Positions 1-11,764 of a stretch of DNA of 64,000 nt are shown piece by piece. The DNA comes from Squalus acanthias. Its lineage: Eukaryota. Both the position numbers and the translations under genes were made by a program. The notes beneath the pieces are model-generated. The model was not told where the DNA came from, did not search any database, and saw nothing but the letters and a program-made list of their open reading frames with translations. The first letter of the stretch is position 1. Each line of letters begins with the position of its first letter. The stretch lies in assembly GCA_030390025.1 (NCBI GenBank), contig CM059438.1, forward strand, positions 55,120,001-55,184,000, in the 5' to 3' direction.

Positions 1-717
1 CACTCCCAAGCCAACGGACTGTGTGAGCGGTTCCACAGATCCTTGAAGGCATCTCTTCGAGCCAGCCTCCAAGACGGCGCCTGGACCGACCGACTTCCGT
101 GGGTCCTCTTCGGCCTGCGCACCGCGGTTAAAGAAGACCTCCATGCATCGGCAGCAGAGCTCATGTATGGTCAGCCGCTGCGCGTACCCGGCGAGTTCCT
201 GCCCACCGCCACGACACCCTGGTCAGCCGACCAGCAACGCCACGACTTCACCTCACTGGCGCTGCAGTTCGCCCCGGTGCCCATTGCCCGACACGGCGAA
301 TCCACCTCACACGTCCCACTAAGCCTGCACCAGGCACGGTTCGTTTTCGTCCGGCACGACGCCCACCGCGGACCCCTTCAACCCCCGTACGACGGGCCCT
401 ACAAGGTGCTACAGGCTGGGGACAAATTTTTCACCCTGCAAGTGGGCAACAGGACCGAAAAAGTGTCGGTTGACCGACTTAAGCCAGCACACTCAGAGCC
501 CGGTGAGCAGGTCCCTGTAGCTCGTCCACCTCCACACGGCCGACCTGCCCTCAAGCCGGTTCACCCAGCTGCTCCACGCCCGGCCGTTCCACGTCCACCG
601 GCGTCCTACAAGAGCCGCTCCGGCCGGCCCATCAGACCGCCGCACCGTCTCGTCCACACCTCCTTAGCGGATTCTGGGGGGAGCTGTGTGGCGGATCGCC
701 ACCTAAAACGGGCATAA
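1..717 (+). mobile_element. Gypsy/Ty3 LTR retrotransposon pol 3' end (integrase C-terminus)
   Basis: Frame is open from base 1: HSQANGLCERFHRSLK (integrase core, third DDE residue), W..RLPWVLFGLRT, GPY/F motif LQPPYDGPYKV and VSVDRLKP. Confidence 0.9.
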
Positions 718-906
718 TCCACTCTTCCGTCTGTGGACAAATTTCCAGCACCTTCCCTTTAAGGAGAAGGGGGCGGGGCCTCAGGTTTGACCCAGAGAAT
801 TCTGGGAGCTTTTCAGTCTGCCATTTTTGCCATGCTGTGATTAAAAAGTCTCTTGTTTAACACAAATGGATTCAGCCTTAATTCGTGTTTCGCGGCAGCC
901 TCAACA
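687..906 (+). repeat. Probable 3' LTR of the Gypsy element
   Basis: Polypurine tract GGGGGGAG (676-683) followed by TGTGG...CAACA, ATTAAA at 840. CR1 sequence resumes at 907. The partner LTR is outside the window. Confidence 0.65.
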
Positions 907-2409
907 GAGTATTGGCCCAAAAATTCGTGAGGAAGCCTTCGTGCGAGGGTAAGACCTCCCCGCGATCTCTCACTGCGCGTTGGCTTTTTCAGTTCCAGCT
1001 CGCACGAACTTGATGTTCTGGACAGCTGCTGTGCTGGGCTTGCGTATCCCACACGCGCAGTTAATTCGTGCGAGCTGTGGGATCACGTGACTCAGTTAGA
1101 GCCAATGGCAGCACACCATCTTCCATTCATAACTTTCACATAAGTGCTGTGAAAAATACTATACCCCCCAAAAGAACAGCTAAACCTCAATTAAATTCAA
1201 AAAAAACATCACATTAATAAAATAAGTATAGTTAAATAAATTAACCATTTTAAATAAAAAATTAAATTTTTGAAAAAATTTAAAATCTTTTAAAAAGTTA
1301 TAAAAATAAACTTACCTGTCTTTAAAGTCTCTAAAAAAGATATACCTGTTAAAAAAAATTCAAAATAATACTTAATTCACTACTTACCTTGTTAAAAGTG
1401 GGTCTTACTCCTCCTTTTTTTATGTGTAAAATCTTCCATACTTACCTGCGCGTTGAAACCACTAAGTGCACTGCATGCGCGCAGCCTGTAGCGCGCACGC
1501 GGTTCACTTAGGAACCGCCCCCTTTTCCATTCACCAAGTGCCGGTTTTCAGCGCATGCGCAGTGCATGCAGAAAACCGGCAATTGGAGACAGAATACGCG
1601 AGAGTACACAGTGCGTACTCTCGCGTATCAACACAAATTTTTGGGCCATTATTTAAATGGTGATAGATTGGGAAATGTTTATGTACAAAGAGACCTGGGT
1701 GTCCTTTTGCACCAGTCACTGAAACCAAACAAGCAGGTGCAGCAAGCAGTTACGAAGGCAAATGGTATGTTGGCCTTCATTGCAAGAGGATTTGAGTACA
1801 GGAGCACGGATGTCTTACTACAGTTATACAGGGCCTTGGTGAGACCACACCTGGAGTACTGTGTGCAGTTTTGGTCTCCTTACCTAAGAAAGGATATACT
1901 TACCATAGAGGGAGTGCAGCGAAGGTTCACCAGATTGATTCCTGGGATGGCAGGACTGTCGGATGAGGAGAGATCGGGTCGAATAGGCCTGTATTCACTA
2001 GAGTTTAGAAGAATGAGAGGGGATCTCATTGAAACGTATAAAATTCTGACAGGGCTAGACAGACTGGATGCAGGGAGGATGTTTCCCCTGGCTGGGGGCT
2101 CTAGAACGAGGGGTCACAGTCTCAGATACGGGGTAGGACATTTAGGACTGAGATGAGGAGAAATTTCTTCACTCACAGGGTGGTGAACCTGTGGAATTCT
2201 CTACCACAGAAGGCTGTGGAGGCCAAGTCACTGAATATATTTAAGAAGGAGATAGATAGATTTCTAGACGCAAAAGACGTCAATGGGTATGGGGAGAGAG
2301 TGGGAATATGGTATTGAGATAGAGGATCAGCCATGATCATATTGAATGGCGGAACAGGCTCGAAGGGCCGAATGGCCTATTCCTGCTCCTATTTTTCTAT
2401 GTTTCTATG
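907..2409 (+). mobile_element. CR1 LINE 3' fragment (RT C-terminus and 3' UTR), interrupted by a MITE
   Basis: LYRALVRPHLEYCVQFWSP...RRMRGDLIETYKI motifs; 3' tail TTTCTATGTTTCTATG. Confidence 0.9.
914..1647 (+). mobile_element. Non-autonomous Harbinger-type MITE (family A, copy 1)
   Basis: 12-bp TIR GGCCCAAAAATT and 3-bp TSD ATT. Interrupts a CR1 RT sequence. Closely similar to 46965-47705. Confidence 0.88.
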
Positions 2410-3058
2410 CCCGTATGCAACAAGACCTGGACGACGTTCAGGCTTAGGCTGATAAGTGGCAAGTAACATTCTCACCGCACAATTGCCAGGCAATGACTAG
2501 CTCCAACAAGGGAGAGTCTAACTACCGCCCCTTGACATTCAACGGCATTACCATTGCCGAATCCCCCACCATCAATATCCTGGGGGTCGCCATTGACCAG
2601 AAACTTAACTGGACCAGCCACATAAATACTGTGGTTGCAGGAGCAGGTCAGAGGCTAGGTATTCTGCGGCAATTGTCTCACCTCCTGATCAATGTTCCGT
2701 GTAAGCTGCACTTTGTTCTGCGCGTCCTGTTTCTTTTAATGCACGGTCCCTTCAAATTTCTGCACCTGTATTTACAATGTAAAAGCCAGTGAGCGGCCTG
2801 TGCGGGACATTTCAGATTACTGCGTGACCGTTTGAGCGATCACCTTAGCGGGAACGTTGCTCCAGACTCCCCAAAGCCTTTCCACCATCCAGGACAAAGC
2901 AGCCTGCTTGATTAGTACCCCTTCCACCACCTTAAACATTCACTCCCTCCACCACCGGCACACCCTGGCTGCAGTGTGTACCATCTACAAGATTGGCAAC
3001 GGGCAATAAATGCTGGCCTTGCCAGAGATGCCCACATGTCGTGAATGAATAAAAAAAA
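2410..3058 (+). mobile_element. LINE family B (CR1/L2 group) 3' fragment
   Basis: PLTFNGITIAESPTINILGV.IDQKLNWTSHIN RT thumb region; 3' end AATAAATGCTGGCCTTGCCAG...GAATGAATAAAAAAAA. Confidence 0.85.
2690..2859 (+). mobile_element. 170-bp hAT-like MITE
   Basis: Imperfect TIR CAATGTTCCGTGTAAG / CAACGTTCCCGCTAAG; degenerate 8-bp TSD CTCCTGAT / CTCCAGAC. Confidence 0.7.
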
Positions 3059-4025
3059 GCTCCAGTTAAAGAACTAACATCATCACAGGTACAATGGGCT
3101 CCTTCTGTTCTGTAATTCCTTTGATTTTATGACACACTGGTGAAGTTGACGATGCATTTTTGAGGTTGCAACAGAGTAGAAGGAACTTTATTCGACTTCT
3201 CACCGTGCTTTACCTGGCCTCAGAGTGCGTGACATTAACACTAGGCACTCGTACCCAGGACTAACATCACTAACCTTGATGAAAACAGAAATTCACACAC
3301 AAAAATCAACTGCCAGGATTAGCCCAGCTATACAGACTGGGAAGATGTTGGGTTCGATCCCTAGTCCGTACCGAGTTAGGTGAACTCAGCTAAGGGTGGC
3401 AATAGAGATGCTGCAATGGACATGTTGCCCCTTGGTTAGATAAGAGAAACATCAAGCAGGATTCCCACTCCTGAACGATATCTAGCTCCCCTTGCTCCAA
3501 GTGCGCATGTATGAGTGCGTAGTGAGGGCAGAGTTGAGCTCAGCAGTACAGCCTTCATATAAGGAGTCTGCCAACACTCCCACATGCATAATAGCCACCG
3601 TAAGGAAGCACTTGCACACTAGTTGCTCAGTGGGTACAGGCACCACCTGATGTAGACCACGTAGGTCCCAGTCTGTGCTTATTCAGCTGACCTCAGCTGA
3701 GATGGCCATAATCATGACACAATTGACCACAGTCCAAGGGATCTAAAGATAGAATCAGAGAATCATAGAATGGTTACAGCACAGAAGGAGGCCATTCGGC
3801 CTGTCGAGCCTGTGCTGGCTCTCTCCAAGAGCACTTCAGCTAGTCCCACTGCCACGCCCTTTCCCCGTAGCTCTGCACATTTTTTCCCCTCAGGTACTTA
3901 TCCAATTCCCTTTTGAAAGCCACGATTGAGTCTGCCTCCACCACCCTTTCAGGCAGTGAATTCCAGATCATAACCACTCGCTGCCTAAAAAAGTTTTCTC
4001 TCATGTCGCCTTTGGTTCTTCTTCC

Positions 4026-4267
4026 TTTTTCCCCGCGCAGCTTCTCCGTACTTACCCTCACAGAGAAACCTGGAAAAAAAATGAAGTTCGCTGCATGCGC
4101 GCTGCCTCTCCGGCGCACGCGTTCGACCTCTGAACCCCTTCCTTCAGGGGAATGGAAGTTCCGGTTTCCAGCGCATGCGCAGTGCATGTGCAAAACCAGC
4201 ACTTTCGTTGGGTCTATGGGTGAGTACACAGCGCGTACTCACCCGTGGAGACCCGAATTTCTTGCCC
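4026..4267 (+). mobile_element. Truncated half of a MITE related to family A
   Basis: Terminal AATTTCTTGCCC, subterminal hairpin GGGTGAGTAC-GTACTCACCC, GCGCATGCGC motif. The other end is missing. Confidence 0.7.
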
Positions 4268-4767
4268 CTTGTGTTCGCAGCCAGGGATCAGAGACTTCCC
4301 AACACAATGGGCATGAGGTGTTTACCGATTACTGAGACAAATTGCTAAATTTTTGCAATCTTTGGTGAGAACAACTTCCATTCGAAGTGTGTTTTGTTTA
4401 AAAATCCAACATTTAAAGGTAACTCCTTTTCCAAATCCTTTCTGTTGAAAAATGGTGTAAGATACCCTTGTTGTATTTACATATATATTTAGGGTTAGGA
4501 TTTGACTTAATCTCATATGATTAAGGTTTTTGCTTTCTTTTTACTTATAAATGGCTTGTGGATTTGGACTGTAGCTGGAAATAATGAAATGGTTTAAGTT
4601 ACCCATTCCCAGGATGCTTTAATGTGTCAGGGTATAATTTAGCTGACTGTGCTGTTTAGCGTCTGCTAAAAGTGCAGGATGTGTGATTCATGCCTGTTAA
4701 CTTCTTTTAGTCGCCACATTGTGAAACGAGATAGCCAAGACAGTCTTGAGATAGGAAGTGAGACAAT

Positions 4768-4905
4768 AGGTGGGAGGGGGAAGGGGGGGAGCAGGGGAAG
4801 GGGGAAAGGGGGAGGGGAGGGGAGAAGGGACGGGGGAGGGTGAGGGAGGGGAGGGGGGAAAGGGGAAAAGGGGAAGGGGGGAAAAGGGGGAAGGGGAAGG
4901 GGATT
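4768..4905 (+). repeat. Polypurine G-rich low-complexity tract
   Basis: G runs separated by A; almost no pyrimidines. Confidence 0.85.
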
Positions 4906-4929
4906 GGGTCTTCTTTTTCTATCTTTGTC

Positions 4930-7900
4930 AGCCTCCAGGAGAGCAGGAGTTGAAAAGCTGCACGAGAGGGGACAGAGAACCAGCGGGAGTTCGACTCTGT
5001 GACACCCCCCAACCGCATTTGGAGAAAAATACAAGGTGACATCACAGGGAAAAGGGTAAGTGATTGGTTGGTGAATATTTTGTTCACTTCTCTTATCTTT
5101 TAAAGCCCAGGAAATGTATTAGTAATTGTAAGGTTTCATTAGTATTAGTAAAGTTTACTAGCAGTAATAAATCTTATTGGGTGTAGTAGGGTTTATTAAT
5201 TATAAAAATAAATAAATTAAGACACAATAAAGATGGCAGGGCAGGTGATGTGTTGCGACTGCAGTATGCGGGAGCTCCTGGATGCCAGTGTGTTCCAGAA
5301 CAAACATGTCTGCGGCTCGAGGAGCTTCGGCTCAGAGTGGTTGAGCTGGAGGCCGAGCTGCGGACACTGCGATGCATCAGGGAGGGGGAAAGTTACCTGG
5401 ACACTTTATTCCAGGAGGCAGTCACACCCCTTAAGATAGGGTCTTCTGATTTGGTCAGTGGTCAGGGACAGGAGGGTGTAACTGCGAGTGAGGCAGGTAT
5501 GGGGATCTAGAAGGTGGAGGAGCCTCAGCCTTTGCAATTGTCCAACAGGTTTGAGGTTCTTGGGGCCTGTATGGATGAAAGCAGTGGCTGCAGGGTGGAT
5601 GAGCAAAGTGACCATGGCACAGAGATACAGGAAGCCATTCAAGCGGGGGGAGTTAATAGGAATGTAGTGGTAATAGGGGACAGCATAGTCAGGGGGATAG
5701 ATATAGTTCTCTGCGGCCAAGAGCGAGAGTCCAGACGGCTGTGTTGCCTGCCTGGTGCCAGGGTTCAGGACATCTGCTCTGGGCTGGAGAGGAACTCGCA
5801 GTGGGAGGGGGAGGAGCCAATGGTCGTGGTCCACGTAGGTCCCAACGACATAGGTAGAACTAGGAAAGAGGTTCTGCTGAGAGAGTATGAGCAGCTTGGG
5901 GCTAAATTAAAAAGCAGAACCTCAAGGGTAATAATGTCTGCATTATTACTTGAGCCACGAGCAAATTGGCATAGGGTAAATAAAATTAGAGAGATGAATG
6001 CGTGGCTCAAAGACTGGTGTGGGAGAAATGGCTTTCGATTCCTGGGTCACTGGCACCAGTACTGGGGAAAGTGGGATCTGTATTGTTGGGACGGTCTTCA
6101 CCTGAACCGTGCTGGGACCAGTGTTCTGGCAAGTCATATAACTAGAGCGGTAGAGAGGGCTTTAAACTAAATAGTGGGGGGCAAGGGATCAAATTTGGGA
6201 AGATGTGGTAAATCAAAGAGTGGAGATAAGGCAAGAGAGAAAGGTATTAATATAGAAAATGATAAACAGACCGTGACAGAAAGGGATAGAGAGTACAAAT
6301 CTAAGAGTAAATCAACAGATAAGGCTAGAGGTTACAAAAATAATAAAAGGACAAAACTAAAGGCTCTGTATCTGAATGCACATAGCATTCGAAACAAAAC
6401 AGATGAACTGATCGCGCAAATAGAAATAAATAAGTACGATCTGATAGCCATTACAGAGACATGGTTGTAGGATGACATAGATTGGAACCTGAATATTGAA
6501 GGGTACATGACATTTAGGAAGGACAGGAAGGTGGGAAAAGGTGGAGGGGTGGCTCTGTTAATTAATGATGGTATTAGCACAATAGAGAGGGATGACCTAA
6601 GTTCAGGAAACCAGGATGTAGAAGCGGTTTGGGTAGAGATGAGAAATTATAAAAGCAAGAAGTCACTTGTGGGAGTGGTGTACAGGCCCCCTAACAGTAA
6701 CCACATGGTAGGATGGAGTATAAAGGAAGAAATAATGGGAGCTTGTCAGAAAGGTACGGCAATAATCATGGGGGATTTTAATCTACATATAGACTGGAAA
6801 AATCAGATGGGCAAAGGTAGCCTAGATGAGGAGTTCATGGAATGTTTTCGGGATAGTTTCTTAGAACAGCACGTTCTGGAGCCAACCAGAGAGCAGGCTA
6901 TACTAGACCTGGTATTGTGCAATGAGATAATATGATTGCATTTTACATTCAGTTTGAGGGAGAGAAGAGTGGGTCCAAGACTAGTATTTAAAACTTAAAT
7001 AAGGGCAATTATGAGGACATGAAAGCAGAGCTAGCTAAAGTGAACTGGCAAATTAGGTTAAGGGATAGGTCAATAGAGTTGCAGTGGCAGACATTTAAGG
7101 GGATATTTCAGAATACACAGAATAGATACATTCCAACAAGAAAGAAAAATTCCAAGGGGAGGACCCACCATCCATGGTTAAGTAAAAATGCTAAAAGATA
7201 GTATCAAACTTAAAGAAAAAGCATATAATTGCGCAAAGATGGGTGGCAGGTCAGAAGATTAGACAGAATATAAAAAACAGCAAAGAATGACTAAAAGATT
7301 AATAAGGAGAGAAAAATTAGAGTACAAGAAAAAGCTGGCTAGAAATATAAAAACAGATAGTAAGAGTTTCTATAGATATTTTAAAAAGAAAAGAGTTAAC
7401 AAAGTGAGCATTGGTCCTATAAAAAGTGAGTCTGGGGAATTAATAATGGAAAATAAGGAGATGGCAGTTGAATTGAACAGGTATTTTGCATCGGTCTTCA
7501 CTATAGAGGATACAAGTAACATCCCAGAAATAGCTGTAAATCAGGAAATGGAAGGGAGGGAGGATCTCAAGAAAATTACAATCACCAGGGAAGTGGTACT
7601 GAGCAAATTGTTGGAGCTGCAGGCTGACAAGTCCCCGGGTCCTGATGGACTTCATCTTAGGGTCTTAAAAGAAGTGGCTAGTGAGATAGTTGATGCGTTG
7701 GTTTTAATTTTCCAAAATTCCCTAGATTCGGGAAGGTTCCATTAGATTGGAAAATAGCAAATGTAACTCCTTTATTCAAAAAGGGAGGGAGACAGAAAGC
7801 AGGAAACTACAGGTCAGTTAGCTTAACATCTGTCATAGGGAAGATGTTACAAGCTATTATTAAAGATGTTATAGCAGGGCACTTAGAAAGGTTCAAGGTA

Positions 7901-9202
7901 ATCAGGCAGAGTCAACATGGTTTTGTGAAAAGGAAATCATGTTTAACCAATTTATTGGAGTTCTTTGAGGAAGTAACATGTGCTGTGGATAAAGGGGAAC
8001 CAGTGGATGTACTGTACTTAGATTTCCAGAAGGCATTTGATAAGGTGCCACATCAAAGGTTATTGCGGAAAATAAAAGCTCATGGTGTAGGGGGTAACAT
8101 ATTGGCATGGATAGAAGATTGGCTAGCTAACAGGAAACAGAGTAGGCATAAATGGGTCATTTTCTAGTTGGCAAGATGTAACAAGTGGTGTGTCACAGGG
8201 ATCAGTGCTGGGGCCTCAACTTTTTACAATTTATATAAATGACTTGGATGAAGGGACCGAAGGTATGGTTGCTAAATTTGCTGATGACACAAAGATAGTT
8301 AGGAAAGTAAATTGTGAAGAGGACATAAGGAGGCTACAAAGGGATATGGATAGGTTAAGTGAGTGGGAAAGATCTGGCAAATGGAATATAATGTGGGAAA
8401 ATGTGAAATTGTCCATTTTGGCAGGAAGAATAAAAAAGAAGCATATCATCTAAATGGTGAGAGATTGCAGAGCTCTGAGATGCAGAGGGATCTGGGTGTC
8501 CTACTGCATGAATCACAAAAGGTTAGTATGCAGGTACAGCAAGTAATTAGGAAAGCTAATAGAATGTTATTGTTTATTGCGAGGGGAATTGAATAAAAAA
8601 GTAGGGAGGTTTTGCTTCAGTTATACAGGGCATTGGTGAGACCACATCTGGAGTACTGTGTACAGTATTGGTCTCCTTATTTAAGGAAGGATGTAAATGC
8701 GTTGGAAGCAGTTCAGAGAAGGTTTACTAGACTAATACCTGGAATGGGCGGGTTGTCTTATGGGGAAAGGTTGGACAGGCTAGGCTTGTATCCGCTGGAG
8801 TTTAGAAGGGTAAGAGGTGACTTGATTGAAACATATAAGATCCTGAGGGGTCTGGACAGGGTGGATGTGGAGAGGATGTTTCCTCTTGTGGGAGAATCTA
8901 GAACTAGGGGTCACTGTTTAAAAATAAGGGGTCGCCCATTTAAGACAGAGATGAGGAGAATTTTTTTCTCACAGAAGGTCGTGAGACTTTGGAACTCTCT
9001 TCTTCAGAGGGCGGTGGAAGCAGAGTCTTTGAATATTTTTAAGGCAGAGGTAGATAGATTCTTGATAAGCAAGCAGGTGAAAGGTTATTGGGGGTAGGCG
9101 GGAATGTGGAGTAATCAGATCAGCCATGATCTTATTGAATGGCAGAGCAGGCTCGAGGGGCCGAGTGGCCTACTCCTGCTCCTAATTCGTATGTTCGTAT
9201 GT
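4930..9202 (+). mobile_element. Near full-length inactivated CR1 LINE
   Basis: ORF1 with a Cys motif and SGNH esterase (VIGDSIVRG...DGLHLN). ORF2 with APE (LYLNA.SIRNK, ITETWL, GDFN, LDLVL) and RT (DFQKAFDKVPH, QGSVLGP, KFADD). Several stops and frameshifts. Tail TTCGTATGTTCGTATG. 5' boundary approximate. Confidence 0.92.
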
Positions 9203-9839
9203 GAACCATTTGTAGAGGGAGTCAGGATTGAAAGGATTGATGGAGGTTACGTCTCTAACCGGGAAAAATGGGGTAATATTAGTTATTTCTCAGTGTGTCG
9301 ACTGGTCAAACTCAATAAGAGGATTATGTTGCAACCATATTCGGTTTGTCAGATTCGAATTGTCCTACAATGGTTTAAAAAAATCCGTAAATGTGACAAT
9401 AAGATATTGTACATTGGAAGAAAAATGGGTGACATATATATTCTATGAATGGTGCCAAAATAACTAAGGGTGAAGCCAAAAGAGTTTGGAGGATATTAGT
9501 AGACTCAACACTTATGCCCAGTTACTTTGTAACACTCAGCAAACAGAATGCCAAACTATATTCCTTAATCAGAGGACATTATGCTAAAAATTGTAAAGTC
9601 AGGCTGCATCTTGACTACTGTGTGTAGTTTTGGTCACCGAGACACATAGGAAATATTCAAACCCTAGAGACGATGCAGAGAAGAGCCATGAGGCAGACCT
9701 CAGTGTCAGATGACTGAACTGTGAGGAAAGGCTAGATAAACTTGGGCTGTGAACTTTAAAAGGTGAATGAGAGGGAAGCTGATAAAGCCACATAATTCAT
9801 TAAATGGATTGGAAAAGATAAACCTGGAAGATTTTTTAA

Positions 9840-11340
9840 ATTCATTCATTCACAGGATGTGGGCATCACTGGCAAGGCCTGCATTTATTGCAAATACCTA
9901 GTTGCCCTTGAGAAGCTGGTGGTGAGCCGCCTTCTTGAACCGCGACAGTCCGTGTGGTGAAGGTACTGCCACAGTGCTGTTAGGGAGGGAGTTCCAGGAT
10001 TTTGACCTAGCGACGATGAAGGAACGACGATATATTTCCAAGTCAGGATGGTGTGTAACTTGGAGGGGAACTTGGTGATGCTCGTGTTCCCATGCACCTG
10101 CTGCCCTTGTCCTTCTAGGTGGTAGAGGTCATGCGTTTGGGAGGTGCTGCCGAAGAAGCCTTGGCGAGTTGCTGCAATGCATCTTGTAGATGGTATGCAC
10201 TGCAGACATGTTGCGCCGGTGGTGGAGGGAGTGAATATTTAAGGTGGTGGATGGGGTGCCAATCAAGCTGGCTACTTTGTTCTGGATGGTGTCGAGCTTC
10301 TTGAGTGTTGTTGGAGCTACACTCATCCAGGCAGGTGGAGATTGTTCCATCACACTCCTGACTTGTGCCTTGTCGGTGGTGGAAAGGCTTTGGGGAGTCA
10401 GGAGGTGAGTCACTCGATGCAGAATATCTAGCCTCTGACCTGCTCTTGTAGTCACAGTATTTATGTGGCTGGTCCAGTTAAGCTTCTCGTCAATGGTGAC
10501 CCCCAGGATGTTGATACTGGGGGATTCGGCGATGGTAATGCCATTGAATGTCAAGGGGAGGTGGTTAGACTCTCTCCTGTTGGAGATAGTCATTGCCTGG
10601 CACTTGTGCGGTGCGAATGTTACTTGCCACTTATCAGCACAAGCCTGGATGTTGTCCAGGTCTTGCTACATGCAGGCACTGACTGCTTTATTATCTGAGG
10701 AATTGCAAATGGAACTGAACACTGTGGAACCATCAGCGAACAGCCTCACTTCTGACCTTATGATGAGGGAAGGTCATTGATGAAGCAGCTGAAGATGGTT
10801 GGGCCTAGGACACTGCCCTGAGGAACTCCTTAGCGATGTCATGGGGCTGTGATGATTGGCCTCCAACAACCACAACCACCTTCCTTTGTGCTAGGTATGA
10901 CTCCAGCCAGTGAATAGTTTTCTTCGATTTCCATTGACTTTAATTTTACTAGGGCTCCTTGATGCCACACTCAGTCAAATGTTACCTTGATGTTTAGGGC
11001 AGTCACTCTCACCTCACCTCTGGAATTCAGCTCTTTTGTCCATGTTTGGACCAAGGCTGTAATGAGATCTGGAGCCGAGTGGTCCTGACGGAACCCAAAC
11101 TGAGCATCGGTGAGCAGGTTATTGGTGAGTAAGTGCCACTTGATAGCACCGTCGATGACACCTTCCATCACTTTGCTGATGATTGAGAGTAGACTGATGG
11201 GGCGGTAATTGACTGGATTGGATTTTCGTGCTTTTTGTGAACAGGACATACCTGGGCAATTTTCCACTTTGTCGGGTAGATGCCAGTGTTGTAGCTGTAC
11301 TGGAACAGCTTGGCTAGAGGCGCGGCTAGTTCTGGAGCAC
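9840..11340 (-). mobile_element. LINE family B, 5'-truncated
   Basis: NYRPISLLSIISKVME, QFGFRQDHSAPDL and LTFNGITIAESP motifs; same 3' end as 2410-3058. Confidence 0.88.
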
Positions 11341-11644
11341 ACTACTGAGACAAGGTACAAGCTGCTCAAAGACGTATTTAAGACTGATCTCAAAGTTCTT
11401 CTTCACGCAAAGTGACCAACAGTTGGAAATTAACTGTAGAGGTAGAAATCCTGGAGACATTCACAGATTAATGCTGTGAATGAGGGGTTGTAGGGATCGA
11501 TGACTTAAGGTGGGCTGAATGGCCTCTCTTATCTTTAATTATTTTGTAATGGTGATTCCATATTTTAATACTAGACTAATCATTGCACATTCTATTTATT
11601 TATAACTGAGGGAATAAATCACCCACAACATTGTACGGACTTGC

Positions 11645-11764
11645 CTGATTCAAACTATTCTGCAAACAAGGGAAGGAGAATGTGAAGCCCACGGACAGCT
11701 GGGCGCCTTTCATACCCATATACTCCAGGAATTCAGTGATGCATTCCACAAAGTGGTCAAACAG
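11645..11764 (-). CDS. HKDC1: Hexokinase (HKDC1-like) coding exon 12 with GC donor
   Basis: 120 bp, TTACAG acceptor. Encodes [40 protein letters not shown] and ends CAG|GCAAGT. Not listed in the ORF track. Confidence 0.92.

Larger units (their letters stand above)
2410..4022. repeat. Inverted segmental duplication, arm A (arm B at 22982-24842)
   Basis: Reverse-complement match running across LINE-B, the hAT MITE, about 690 bp of non-TE sequence and a CR1 3' end. The MITE insertion site and a LINE deletion are shared by both arms. Confidence 0.92.

Noticed and set aside
4666..5087. Pro-rich and Gly-rich ORFs
   Set aside because: Low-complexity polypurine tract plus the CR1 5' UTR.
1..11640. 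Hexokinase exon 13 (expected 96 bp, WTKGF-like)
   Set aside because: Searched by eye in the non-TE stretches (3060-3745, 4270-4760, 9200-9840, 11340-11640) without a match; presumably outside the window.
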